From an uncultured Gemmatimonadales bacterium (GTDB lineage Bacteria; Gemmatimonadota; Gemmatimonadetes; Gemmatimonadales; Gemmatimonadaceae): a DNA stretch of 64,000 nucleotides. Below are positions 1-9,299 of the stretch, piece by piece. Every line of letters starts with the position of its first letter. Within the stretch, counting starts at the first letter, position 1. The notes under the pieces were generated by a model, which was not told where the DNA came from, did no database searches, and saw nothing but the letters and a program-made list of their open reading frames with translations. The position numbers and the translations under genes are program-made. The stretch spans positions 64,001 through 128,000 of the forward strand of contig CAWBZV010000012.1 of assembly GCA_963793305.1 (NCBI GenBank), given 5' to 3'.

Positions 1-1305
1 TGCGTCTCATCGATCCGACCGACATCGAAGCGCTCCACGATTTCCGCGTGGCGGTCCGCCGGCTGCGGAGTTGGACCCGCGCGTTCCGCCCGTACGTGTC
101 GAGCAGCGTCGGCAAGAAAGATCGTCGGCGTTTACAGCGCGTGGCGGATGCCACGAGCACCGCGCGCGATACGGAAGTGCAGCTGGAGTGGCTCCTCGCG
201 CGCGAGGAGCAGTTGGAGCCGGCCGAGCGCGTGGGGGCAGCGCACTTGCGGCGCCGCCTGGAGCTCAGGAAGTACGACGCGGACGCGTCTTTGCACCAGG
301 AGATCGCCCGCGACCTGGCGCGGGCCGTCGACTCGCTCAGCCTGTCGCTCCCGGTGTACGCGATTCGCTCCCGCGTCGACGAGCCGCCGCGCATCCACCC
401 CATGTCGGCCGCGCTGGCCGATCTCGTGGCGCGTCACGCGGGTGCCTTACGCGACCGCCTGCGTCACGTCCGGTCGGTCGATGATCAGACGCTGGCGCAC
501 GACGCGCGGATCGAGGGCAAGCGGCTCCGCTATCTCCTCGAGCCGGTGTGCGACATCATCGAGGGCGCCGACAATGTCATCGCCGACCTCAAGGTGCTGC
601 AGAACGTGATCGGCGAGATGCACGATGCCTATGTCCTCTCGCGCGAAGTCATGGCCGAGGCCGAGACCTCCGCGCCGACCGATGTCGGCCGCCCGGGCAT
701 CGTCGCGCTGGCCCGCGCGCTCCGCGAGCGCGAGATCGCGGCCTTCGAGGTGCTCGGCCGCGATTGGCTCGAGGGGAACGCCCTGTCTCTCGCATTCTTC
801 GCCTCGGTCGCCCAGCTGACCGCCCGTCTCGCGGCCCACAAACCGCGCGACACGGAGATCGAGCGCAAGTATCTCCTCCACGCATTGCCGGACCGTGCCC
901 ACGACGCGCCGTCCGAGGACATCGAGCAGGGCTACGTTCCGGGCGAGCATCTCGGCCGAACGCCTGCGCCGCGTGCGCCAGAACGGCGACGTGCACTGCT
1001 ACCGCACCGTGAAACTCGGCTCGGGGATCCAGCGCACGGAAATCGAAGAAGAAGCGCCGCCGGCTCTCTTCGACGCGATGTGGCCCCTCACCGAGGGTCA
1101 TCGCATCACCAAGCGCCGCTACGCGATCGCCGACGAGCCGTTCGTCTGGGAGATCGACGAGTTCACCGACCGCGAGCTCGTGCTCGCCGAGGTCGAGCTC
1201 TCAGACGCGGCAACCCTCGTCGCCCCTCCCGACTGGCTCGCGCCCTACATCGTGCGCGAGGTCACGGGAGAGCCGGAGTACCTGAACATCAATCTCGCCG
1301 GCTAG
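1..1305 (+). CDS. CHAD domain + CYTH domain fusion protein (5' partial; frameshift ~954)
   Basis: CHAD motifs EALHDFRVAVRRLRS and HDARIEGKRLRY...LQNVIGEMHD. CYTH motifs EIERKYLL and IEQGY continue in ORF 895..1305 (WEIDEF, LVLAEVEL, REVTGEPEYLNINLA). Confidence 0.85.
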
Positions 1306-1409
1306 CCGACTCCGTCTTTGCCGTGGATGTGCATCAAGACGTCGGACGTATCGACACGGAGCATGCAATAGTATTGGCGCGTCGTGTCGCCGGACTCCAC
1401 TGTGCGGAC

Positions 1410-2927
1410 ATGATGAGCCCAACCCGCGCGATCTCCATGACGTTCATGGCCGGCGTCCTCGCCACCAGCGCCGCCGCGCAAATTCCCTCGTGGGGTGTCG
1501 ACTCGTTCCACGTGCCGTCCGACCCGCATTGGGCGGTCGTCACCGCGCGTGACGTGGGGGCGGCGTACATCCTGCTGCGCGACAACCATCCTGGCGGCGC
1601 GTCCGAGCTGCACGACATGGATTTTCAGCATCGCTTGGCGCACGGACATCACGTGGCACTCGAGCGCGCGCGGACGGTCACGTCGTACCAGGGCTACATG
1701 GCCGTCCTGACCGGCTTCGCCACCGCGATGGGCGACAAGCACATATGGAGTCGCCCGACCTTCGTGGTCAACACGCCGCGTTGGCCCCGGTTCATTGTCA
1801 GCAAGCGTGGCGACAACTGGGTCGTGACCGACGCGGACCCGCCAGAGACCTCCCTCGTCGGCGCGGCGTTGATCAGTTGCGATGGCCAGGGGGTCGACGA
1901 TCTGGCACGCCGGAGTGTGGGTGAATTTCGCGCTAACTGGGATATCGGAGCGCAGCAAGCCCAATTCGCTCCATGGCTCCTCGTGAACGAAGGGAATCCG
2001 TTCATCGCCCGTCCCAAGGCATGCGTCGTCGATACCAGCGGCCAGCGGCAGACTGTCACGCTCGATTGGGTGCGCATCAAACGCGAGACGCTGTTGCCGC
2101 GCCTCAAGAAGGCTGGAGGAGCCGGGCAGGCAGGCTACGGCATTCGCCAGGTCGGCAGTGGCTACTGGATCGCCATTCAGGACTTGTACACTGCTCGGGC
2201 CCTCGAGGTCGCCAAGGCCGTCGAGCAACAGAAAGCGGCGCTGAGAAGCGCGCCATTCGTCGTGCTCGACGTCCGTGGAAACGGCGGCGGTTCCTCATTG
2301 ATGGAACGCGAGATCGCGGCGTCACTCTTCGGCGCACCCTACGTTGACGCCCGCCTCGCATCGGGGACGGCGAATGAATGTGGCAATCCCGACGGCGCGT
2401 GGCGCGTCAGTCAGAACAACATCACCAATCTCGAGTACCTGCGGCGCACGGCAGACTTCGTGATGCAGGGCGGGCCGGAGGTCCGGCAGATGGTGGAAGC
2501 GACGCTGCACAACTTGCGCGATGCGCTCGCGCACGGTCGGGCATTTTCCGGGGCCACCCACTGTGCGCAGGCATCGCCCCCGCCGGCTGGGGCCCTGACG
2601 ACGCCGTCGGAAATGAAAGGCCGTCTCTTGCTGCTCACCGACAACCTGTGTTTCAGCGCCTGTCTCTCGCTTGCGGATGATTTTCGGCAGCTCGGCGCGT
2701 TTCACATTGGCCAGACCACGGACGCCGCCACCCACTACGTCGACGTGCGCGAGCAGACTCTCCCCTCAGGGTATTCGATCTTCTCGACGCTCCAGTCGCT
2801 GGATCCGGCTGCGCCGGTGCAAGTTGGGCCGTACAAGCCCGCCCTGATCTACAATGGCGATATCGCTGATTCGGCGACGCTCGAGAAGTGGGTCGTCGAT
2901 AGCGCCGTTCCGGCGGCGAGTCGATAG
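1410..2927 (+). CDS. Secreted S41-family-like peptidase
   Basis: Signal peptide; VLDVRGNGGGSS and LLTDNLCFSACL motifs. Separate ATG at 1410 inside the artefactual 48..2927 ORF. Confidence 0.75.
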   Translation: MMSPTRAISMTFMAGVLATSAAAQIPSWGVDSFHVPSDPHWAVVTARDVGAAYILLRDNHPGGASELHDMDFQHRLAHGHHVALERARTVTSYQGYMAVLTGFATAMGDKHIWSRPTFVVNTPRWPRFIVSKRGDNWVVTDADPPETSLVGAALISCDGQGVDDLARRSVGEFRANWDIGAQQAQFAPWLLVNEGNPFIARPKACVVDTSGQRQTVTLDWVRIKRETLLPRLKKAGGAGQAGYGIRQVGSGYWIAIQDLYTARALEVAKAVEQQKAALRSAPFVVLDVRGNGGGSSLMEREIAASLFGAPYVDARLASGTANECGNPDGAWRVSQNNITNLEYLRRTADFVMQGGPEVRQMVEATLHNLRDALAHGRAFSGATHCAQASPPPAGALTTPSEMKGRLLLLTDNLCFSACLSLADDFRQLGAFHIGQTTDAATHYVDVREQTLPSGYSIFSTLQSLDPAAPVQVGPYKPALIYNGDIADSATLEKWVVDSAVPAASR

Positions 2928-2990
2928 CGATGCTGGCAGGGTTATATTTGCGCGATCTCGATGGCAATGTCCTCTCATGTGTGACCTCGG

Positions 2991-3792
2991 ATGAATGTTC
3001 ACCTGATTTGTTCGCCGTACGACTCGGGCCGCCGCGGCGAGCGCAACGGCGCCGGCCCGGCCGCGTTGAGCGATGCGCTCCGTGGACGGGCCGAGAGCGT
3101 CGAGGAGATCGAACTGACCGACTATCTGGCCGAGGTCAGCGTTGCGTTCGGGGTCGCGCGCGAGTTGTCGGTGCGCGTCCGCGATTGTCTTGCGAAAGGT
3201 GCGTTTCCGATAGTCCTTTCCGGCAACTGTTGCGCGTCCCTCGGCACGATATCGGGATGCGGATGCGCCAACACGGACGTTCGTGTGGTTCGACGGCCAC
3301 GGTGAAGGGATGACACCCGACACGACCTCGAGTGGATTCCTGGATGGTATGGGGATCAGCGTGCTCACGGGTCGATCGTGGCGGACGATTGCCGGATCGA
3401 TTCCCGGATTCGCGCCCATGCCGGGCAAGCAGATCGTGCTCGCGGGCGGTCACGATTGCGAGCCCGCCGAGCTGGCACTGCTCGATGAGGTGGGCGTCGA
3501 GCGGGTACGGACGGTCGCCGCGCTGAAGGACTCGAAGGTGTTGAACCAGCATGTGCTCGACGGTGTCTACGTTCACCTGGACCTCGACGTGCTGGACTCG
3601 CGCGAAGCGATGGCGAACGTGTGGGCGACGCCGGACGGCTGGAAGGTGGACGATCTCGTCGCAGCCATCCGGATCGTCAAAGAGCGGCGCCGGATCAAAG
3701 CCGTCGGGGTCGCGTCATACGACCCTCAGGCGGACCGCGACGGACGAGCCGCGCATGCCATTGTCCGTATCATTGACCTGATCACCGGCTGA
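2991..3792 (+). CDS. Arginase-family protein (frameshift ~3281)
   Basis: PYDSG, FPIVLSGNC, VWFDGHGE, SGFLDGM and YVHLDLDVLD motifs split over two ORFs. Confidence 0.8.
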
Positions 3793-3947
3793 GCGTGTGC
3801 GGGGTTGCAGCCAACTGGTCCCGTCCAGCGTTCGCATGCTGACGAGAGTCGCGGTATCGGTGGGTTGGGAGGCGCTCAGCCATCTCTAGCGGCGGCCAAA
3901 TGTGCGCGCTATTGTCTAGCTCCTCTCGACCTTGATAGCGAGGCACT

Positions 3948-4301
3948 GTGATCGAGATCCCGGAATGGATGGAAGGCGCGGAGATCGTGATCGAGCTCTA
4001 CGGAGCGGATCGAACCACGGCCAATAACCTTCGCGAGTTGTTCACTGACGAAAGCAATGATGTCGCGTTTTCGCACGCCTTCGGTGGTGCGGACTGCGTC
4101 ATCATCATCACCGTTCTCGCCAAGCCGGTCTTCGATAAGCTGATCGAATACTGGACGAAGACGCGCACATTCACTCCGAAAACGACGGTCAAAATCCGCA
4201 ACACCTCAATCACCATTGCCGGATTCGGGCGTGAAGATGTCGAAACACTGCTGGCAAATCCGGCCTTTCAAAACGCGGTCAAAGCCGCCAAAAGTAAATG
4301 A
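3948..4301 (+). CDS. Small hypothetical protein, EACC1-like
   Basis: 117 aa: FGG followed by a hydrophobic helix, LIEYW, then TTVKIRNTSITIAG and REDVETLL. GAGG RBS upstream; ATGA overlap with the next gene. Confidence 0.6.
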   Translation: MIEIPEWMEGAEIVIELYGADRTTANNLRELFTDESNDVAFSHAFGGADCVIIITVLAKPVFDKLIEYWTKTRTFTPKTTVKIRNTSITIAGFGREDVETLLANPAFQNAVKAAKSK

Positions 4302-5449
4302 CCCGGCAAGAGGCCGTCGCCAGGTGCATCGAACGGCTTCGCCCGAACGCCAAGTTCACCGTCATCACGCATTCGAGCGAGCATTTTGGGGACCTCTTGG
4401 GAGATGGCTTTTTCACGGCCCATCTCTACGATGAACAGATCGACGCCAATATGATCACCACGAAACACGGGATGGTGGTCATCCAGAACAGCTATATCGC
4501 GTCGTTTGCCTACAACGTCTTCTTGTGCTGGCTACACCATCGCCGCCTCCGTTCGTCCGCCGAGTCGCTCGACCGCCTCCTCGCGTACAACTTCAAGAAG
4601 TTCTTGGCCGAACAGTTCTATCACTATAAGAACTGCATCTACTCGCGGACCCTGCTCCTCGAGACGCTGCTGTTCCAGGAACACCGGATGGTGCACGTCT
4701 TCGCCGCCAAGGACGCGGACTCCACGCTGTCCGCCGATGCAGACGCCGGCGCCAATATCATGCTCTCGGCGTTATTGATGCACGAAGTCAGTCACTATTT
4801 TCTCGATGCGAAGCCGGAGCTCTGGCCAGATCTGATGCGGTCCGAGGACGATGCGATCACATCGTGCGCCGCGCGCATGCAATCGACGTGTCGTCCGGCG
4901 ATCTGGCCGGAGCTTCAATGCGACGCGCTCGCCCTGAAGCAATGCTTGGTAGACCACGGCCAGCATGCCGGGGTGAAGTTTGCATTGCGGGCCTTTGCAT
5001 TCGCTTATGCGGCATACGCGGCTATGTATACGGCCCGCGCCACCGCGGAGGTCACTGCCTGGCAGTTGAATACGGACCCTCCTGACAGTGTCGACTTCCT
5101 GGATATTGCTCCAATGCCACACGCCGTATGGCGGTATACATTGGCCGTCGATGGCGAATTCGTGGAACGCGCGCGATTGGTCCTGGACCTGTGTGGGGAG
5201 CTCGCCAGCCAGCACGCATTCGAGCTGTTCGGCGACGATGATCCTTTTCCACTGCCGGCGACGATCGTGGACGACCTGTTGGCCTACGTTCCGCGCGCGT
5301 TTGCTTATGAAGTAGAGAACGACCGCAAGATGTCCCAACTGGTCGCCAGGGCGCTGCATGATCATCCCGAGGGCATGGAATACCTGTATCTGAGGTCCAA
5401 AACTTTCCGAACTGAGCGAACCGAGCCGCTGACCGTTCGGCCCGGCTAG
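4298..5449 (+). CDS. Putative HExxH zinc metallopeptidase (Lit/U49- or M48-like)
   Basis: LLMHEVSHY plus downstream ELQCDALA; no signal peptide. Confidence 0.65.
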   Translation: MTRQEAVARCIERLRPNAKFTVITHSSEHFGDLLGDGFFTAHLYDEQIDANMITTKHGMVVIQNSYIASFAYNVFLCWLHHRRLRSSAESLDRLLAYNFKKFLAEQFYHYKNCIYSRTLLLETLLFQEHRMVHVFAAKDADSTLSADADAGANIMLSALLMHEVSHYFLDAKPELWPDLMRSEDDAITSCAARMQSTCRPAIWPELQCDALALKQCLVDHGQHAGVKFALRAFAFAYAAYAAMYTARATAEVTAWQLNTDPPDSVDFLDIAPMPHAVWRYTLAVDGEFVERARLVLDLCGELASQHAFELFGDDDPFPLPATIVDDLLAYVPRAFAYEVENDRKMSQLVARALHDHPEGMEYLYLRSKTFRTERTEPLTVRPG

Positions 5450-5454
5450 CGCAC

Positions 5455-6003
5455 CTAGCGCGCGAGACGGTATTCCAGAAGGACGACCCTATCATCAAGA
5501 ACGGTGGTCTCTATGAGCTCAAGTGCGGCCAGCGACAAATCCGCGTAGATAGGCTCTCGGCCTCGGTCGCCGAGGATCACGGGAAACACCATGAGGCGGA
5601 GCCGATCAATCAGTCCGGCCTTGAACATGCTTGTGACCAGATGGATGCTGCCAAAGGAGTGCAGCGGATCCCCGTCCTGCTGTTTGAGTGCGGCGATCTC
5701 CTCCGCGGCGATGCCGCTGATTAGCCGCGTGTTTTTCCACATGAGGGGCTCTTTGAGTGTGCTGGAAAACACCACTTTCGGTGTCTCGCGCATCTTGGTA
5801 CTGACTGGATCGGTGCCGGATGCGGCGAATTGAGCAAACGCCTCATATGTGGCTCTGCCCATCACGATGATCCGCGGCTGGTCAAGATTCGCGTGGACCC
5901 ACTCTTCGAGGTCGGGGCCTAAGTACCCGAAGTACGGGGGTTGATCCACGCCAGACGCAAAGCCATCAAGCGAGACGAACAGGTCAGCGGTGAATTCTCG
6001 CAT
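5455..6003 (-). CDS. Dihydrofolate reductase-like (RibD C-terminal) protein
   Basis: FVSLDGF, MGRATYE, PKVVFSSTL, GLIDRLRLMVFPVILG. Confidence 0.9.
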   Translation of the reverse strand: MREFTADLFVSLDGFASGVDQPPYFGYLGPDLEEWVHANLDQPRIIVMGRATYEAFAQFAASGTDPVSTKMRETPKVVFSSTLKEPLMWKNTRLISGIAAEEIAALKQQDGDPLHSFGSIHLVTSMFKAGLIDRLRLMVFPVILGDRGREPIYADLSLAALELIETTVLDDRVVLLEYRLAR

Positions 6004-6011
6004 GAATAGGC

Positions 6012-6038
6012 GACGAACGACGGGACCGCAAATCGACA
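6012..6038 (-). promoter_or_regulatory. ECF-sigma (ECF42-like) promoter TGTCGA-N17-CGTC
   Basis: Minus strand reads TGTCGAtttgcggtcccgtcgttCGTC, 8 nt before the ATG at 6003. Confidence 0.6.
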
Positions 6039-6048
6039 CGCTCAGCCG

Positions 6049-6074
6049 TGTCGATTTCCGCGACTCCGTTCGTC
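6049..6074 (+). promoter_or_regulatory. ECF-sigma (ECF42-like) promoter TGTCGA-N16-CGTC
   Basis: TGTCGAtttccgcgactccgttCGTC upstream of the ATG at 6120. Confidence 0.6.
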
Positions 6075-6119
6075 GCCAAGGTAGAGACATCGAAAAACAC
6101 CTAACAAAGGCGACTCGAA

Positions 6120-6704
6120 ATGCGAAAAATTAGAATCTTCGAACACACCTCACTGGACGGTGTGATCCAGATGCCCGACGGACTCGAAGGCGGCGAGTAC
6201 CTGTATGGTGACTGGACGGCACGGTATCGCAGTCCAACCGGCGCCGCAGCCCTCGCCGACAGATACGGGAAAAGCTACGATCTGCTGCTCGGCCGCCGTA
6301 CCTACGATGGCTGGTCTGGCTTTTGGCCGAAGGTCAAAGGCGGTCCGTTCGCGGACGCCATTAACGCGGCGACGAAATATGTAGCCACCCACCGGCCGGC
6401 GAGCCTCGAGTGGGGACCAGTCAAGGCGGTCGGGCCGGACATCGCGGAGGACGTTCGCCGCGTCAAGGCGACGGACGGCCACGACCTGATCGTCTGCGGC
6501 AGCTCGACGCTGACGCCGGTGCTGATCGACCAGGGATTGGTCGACGAATTGGTGCTGATCGTCTATCCGGTCTTGCTGGGCCAGGGCAAACGATTCTTTC
6601 CGAGTAGCGCTGACGCACGCGAGCTCGCTTTCGTCAGCACGAACACGACGCCCACGGGTGTGGTCGTCAACACGTATCGGTACGTTGGCTCGCTAACGAA
6701 GTAA
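6120..6704 (+). CDS. Dihydrofolate reductase-like (RibD C-terminal) protein
   Basis: SLDGVIQ, LLLGRRTYD, GLVDELVLIVYPVLLGQGKRFF. Confidence 0.9.
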   Translation: MRKIRIFEHTSLDGVIQMPDGLEGGEYLYGDWTARYRSPTGAAALADRYGKSYDLLLGRRTYDGWSGFWPKVKGGPFADAINAATKYVATHRPASLEWGPVKAVGPDIAEDVRRVKATDGHDLIVCGSSTLTPVLIDQGLVDELVLIVYPVLLGQGKRFFPSSADARELAFVSTNTTPTGVVVNTYRYVGSLTK

Positions 6705-6728
6705 GCGCGGTCCGAACATATTGGGGGC

Positions 6729-7289
6729 ATGAGCGGCTTCAGTTTCGACGCATCCTGGCCTCTAATCGCATTCCCACTAGCAGTGATCGTGGTCATCGTC
6801 GGGGTGACCATGTCACTCGCTCGGTGGGGGAGAGCATCCATGAACGGTTCGACGCGCGCGCCAGAAGTGTACGGGTACACCGTCTGTCTCATCGCCGTCA
6901 TCGTGGCGCTCATCAGCGTGAGTGGCTTGCTCGATGCGGCATTCACGATCGCTGATCCACTCGGCGGCGAGAGCAGCGGCGCATGGAACGAGATGGGTCA
7001 AGCGCAGTCATTGCGCTCGCTCGATGCCTTTCGGGCATCGGCCACGAAGACCTCGACGGGCGCATACGTCTTCAGGCATCAGGTGTTCGGAATGAACGGC
7101 GTAACGGCGATCGCCGACACACTCAACGACGCCCAAGTGCTGGCGCGTTATGAAACGCTGCGCGCCGACCGGCTGTCGGAGCAGCGGTTCAAGGCGATCA
7201 AGGGGTTCGTGACGAACACGATCATGCTCGTGATCGCACTGGCGCTGTTCGCCTGGCACTGGCGATGGCTCCGGCGGCCGACTTCCTAG
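6729..7289 (+). CDS. Hypothetical membrane protein
   Basis: Three hydrophobic helices; YGYTVCLIAVI and LFAWHWRWLRR. Confidence 0.7.
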   Translation: MSGFSFDASWPLIAFPLAVIVVIVGVTMSLARWGRASMNGSTRAPEVYGYTVCLIAVIVALISVSGLLDAAFTIADPLGGESSGAWNEMGQAQSLRSLDAFRASATKTSTGAYVFRHQVFGMNGVTAIADTLNDAQVLARYETLRADRLSEQRFKAIKGFVTNTIMLVIALALFAWHWRWLRRPTS

Positions 7290-7829
7290 ATGCCGTCGCG
7301 TCTCACTGAGATCAGCGAGGTGCTGCGCGAGGTCTCGGCGCGGGCCGAGGCCCTCGGCGCATCGCTCGGCGCCGAGCAGATGCTCCGGCGGCCGGAGCCG
7401 AACCGGTGGTCTCCGGCCGAGTGCCTCGCGCATCTGACCGTCACCGCCAACGCCTACGCGCCGGTGTGGCGCGACGCTTTTGCCGCCGCGAGACAACGCG
7501 GCGCGCGCGGCGGTGAGCCCTATCGCATGGATTTTATCGGGCGCATGCTGAACTGGTCACTCAAGCCGGGGAGAAATCGGTATAAAGCGCCGGCGCACAT
7601 GCAACCCATTAGCGTCGCCTCCGGCGAAGCGGCGCTCGCGGCCTTTCTCGACTCGCAGCGGATGGTGCAACAGTTCGTGATCGAGGGCGCCGGGCTACCG
7701 CTCGACCGCATGAAGATCGCGTCGCCGGCGGTGGCGAGCATACGCTACAGCGTCTGGTCCAGCTTCGTGATCATCGGCACCCACGGACAACGCCACCTGG
7801 CACAGGCCGAAGTTACCGCGACGTCGTAG
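7290..7829 (+). CDS. DinB-family protein
   Basis: WSPAECLAHL and HGQRHLAQ. Confidence 0.85.
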   Translation: MPSRLTEISEVLREVSARAEALGASLGAEQMLRRPEPNRWSPAECLAHLTVTANAYAPVWRDAFAAARQRGARGGEPYRMDFIGRMLNWSLKPGRNRYKAPAHMQPISVASGEAALAAFLDSQRMVQQFVIEGAGLPLDRMKIASPAVASIRYSVWSSFVIIGTHGQRHLAQAEVTATS

Positions 7830-9299
7830 GCCGGTCGTTGGCATCGGCGATCCTGCCGTCTTCGGTCAGCCAGAATGCGGTATTCCATACCCCCATGCGC
7901 GAACGTCGCGGTGTAGATGTCAGCGCCACCGGGTCCGACTCCCTTGAACGTCAGCGACTCCAGCGCACCGAGCGACGCGAGCTTCGCCTGGGATTCCGCC
8001 AGCTGCTCACGGAACGTCCTCCGCCAATGCGGAGCTCATGAGCTCATAGTTCGGTTTGCCGAGCCGCAATTCGCCGATCAGTCGGCGTAGCGCCGCCTCA
8101 CTCCCCACGGCCGGCGTCTGATCCTTGAATCGCTTGGCGAACGCGGCCGCCGCCGCGGCGTTCCGGGCTTCGACCACGCGCGCAAGCATGTCAGTTGCCA
8201 GGCGACTGGGGTTCTCCTTTCCTCCTACAACGTTCCGAAACAGCACGACGCCGACCTGCGCGCCTCGGTCGAAGTACATATAAGCGACGTACCCCGCGAC
8301 GCCCCCGCTATGCCCGACCCATGTCAGCGTGTCGCGGCGCATCGCCATAAAGCCCAAGCCGTATCCTTGCTCGAAGTCGGCGGACGTGGCCACGAATCCA
8401 CCGTATGCCGACTCCAGACGCGCAGGCGACAACACGCTGGCCGGCCCGTGGCCGAGCTCGAACGCAACGAAGCGGGCCAGGTCATCAACCGTTGTGAAGA
8501 TCGCACCGTTGGGCACTTTGAAGCCGCGTCCGTCGCGCCCCTCGTGCGCCGCCGTCGAATCATCCAGCGTGCCATCGTCGTTGACCATGTATCCCGTCGC
8601 GAGATCCGGCGCGATCGTTGGATCAATCTCGAACCGCGTTCGCTGCATGCCGAGCGGCTCGAAGACGCGCGTGCGTTCCCATTCGGTGTACGGCACGCCG
8701 GCGACGTGGGACAGTGCCGCACCGAGGATGGCGTAGCCGATGTTGGAATAGGAGTACTCGGTGCCCGGGAACGATCGGTAGTCCGTGTGCGGCAACGCAG
8801 CGATCAACGTCTTTTGCCAGTCCGCCACCGGCCCGGTCCAGAACGGGCCTTCCTCACGGGGCTCTCGCGCGAGTCCGGCGGTCATCGTCGCCAACTGGAG
8901 GAACGTGAACGGCGGCGCGCCCGGTGGCTTGGAGCCGATCTGCTTGATCTCCGGTACATAGCGCTCGACCGGATCCGACAGTTGGATCTTGCCGGCAGCG
9001 ATCAACTGCATCAGCATGACCGCGGTGAACATCTTCGTGATCGAGCCGATTCTGTAGACTGTGCCGCGGTTGGCGAGCCGGTGCGTCTTTATGTCGGCGA
9101 AACCATAGCTGTGCGTCCACACCAGCTGTGATCCCGCGATCACGCCAGCGGTGATGCTGCCAAGGCTGTCCTTCGCGAACTCGGCGTTGATCAGCGAGTC
9201 GATGCCGGAGAGTACCGGCGCCGCTATGGACGGCGCACTCTGCGGACGAGCGAGCGGTGCGCACAGCAAGCATGCCAGACCGCCAACGTACAACTTCAC
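7813..9299 (-). CDS. Serine hydrolase, beta-lactamase class C-like (frameshifts ~8012 and ~7873)
   Basis: RIGSITK (SxxK), YSYSN and HSGG motifs. The C-terminal domain FKGVGPGGADIY...IWLTEDGRI is recovered after correcting the frame. Confidence 0.85.

Noticed and set aside
48..2927. 959-aa CHAD-peptidase fusion in the ORF track
   Set aside because: Artefact of the ~954 indel. CYTH ends at 1305 and the peptidase has its own signal peptide at 1410.
3788..3880. attC-like site upstream of the AT-rich pair (CCAAC...GTTGG; GCTGAGCG...CGCTCAGC)
   Set aside because: It does not match RYYYAAC/GTTRRRY, internal pairing is poor, it is a single copy and there is no integrase.
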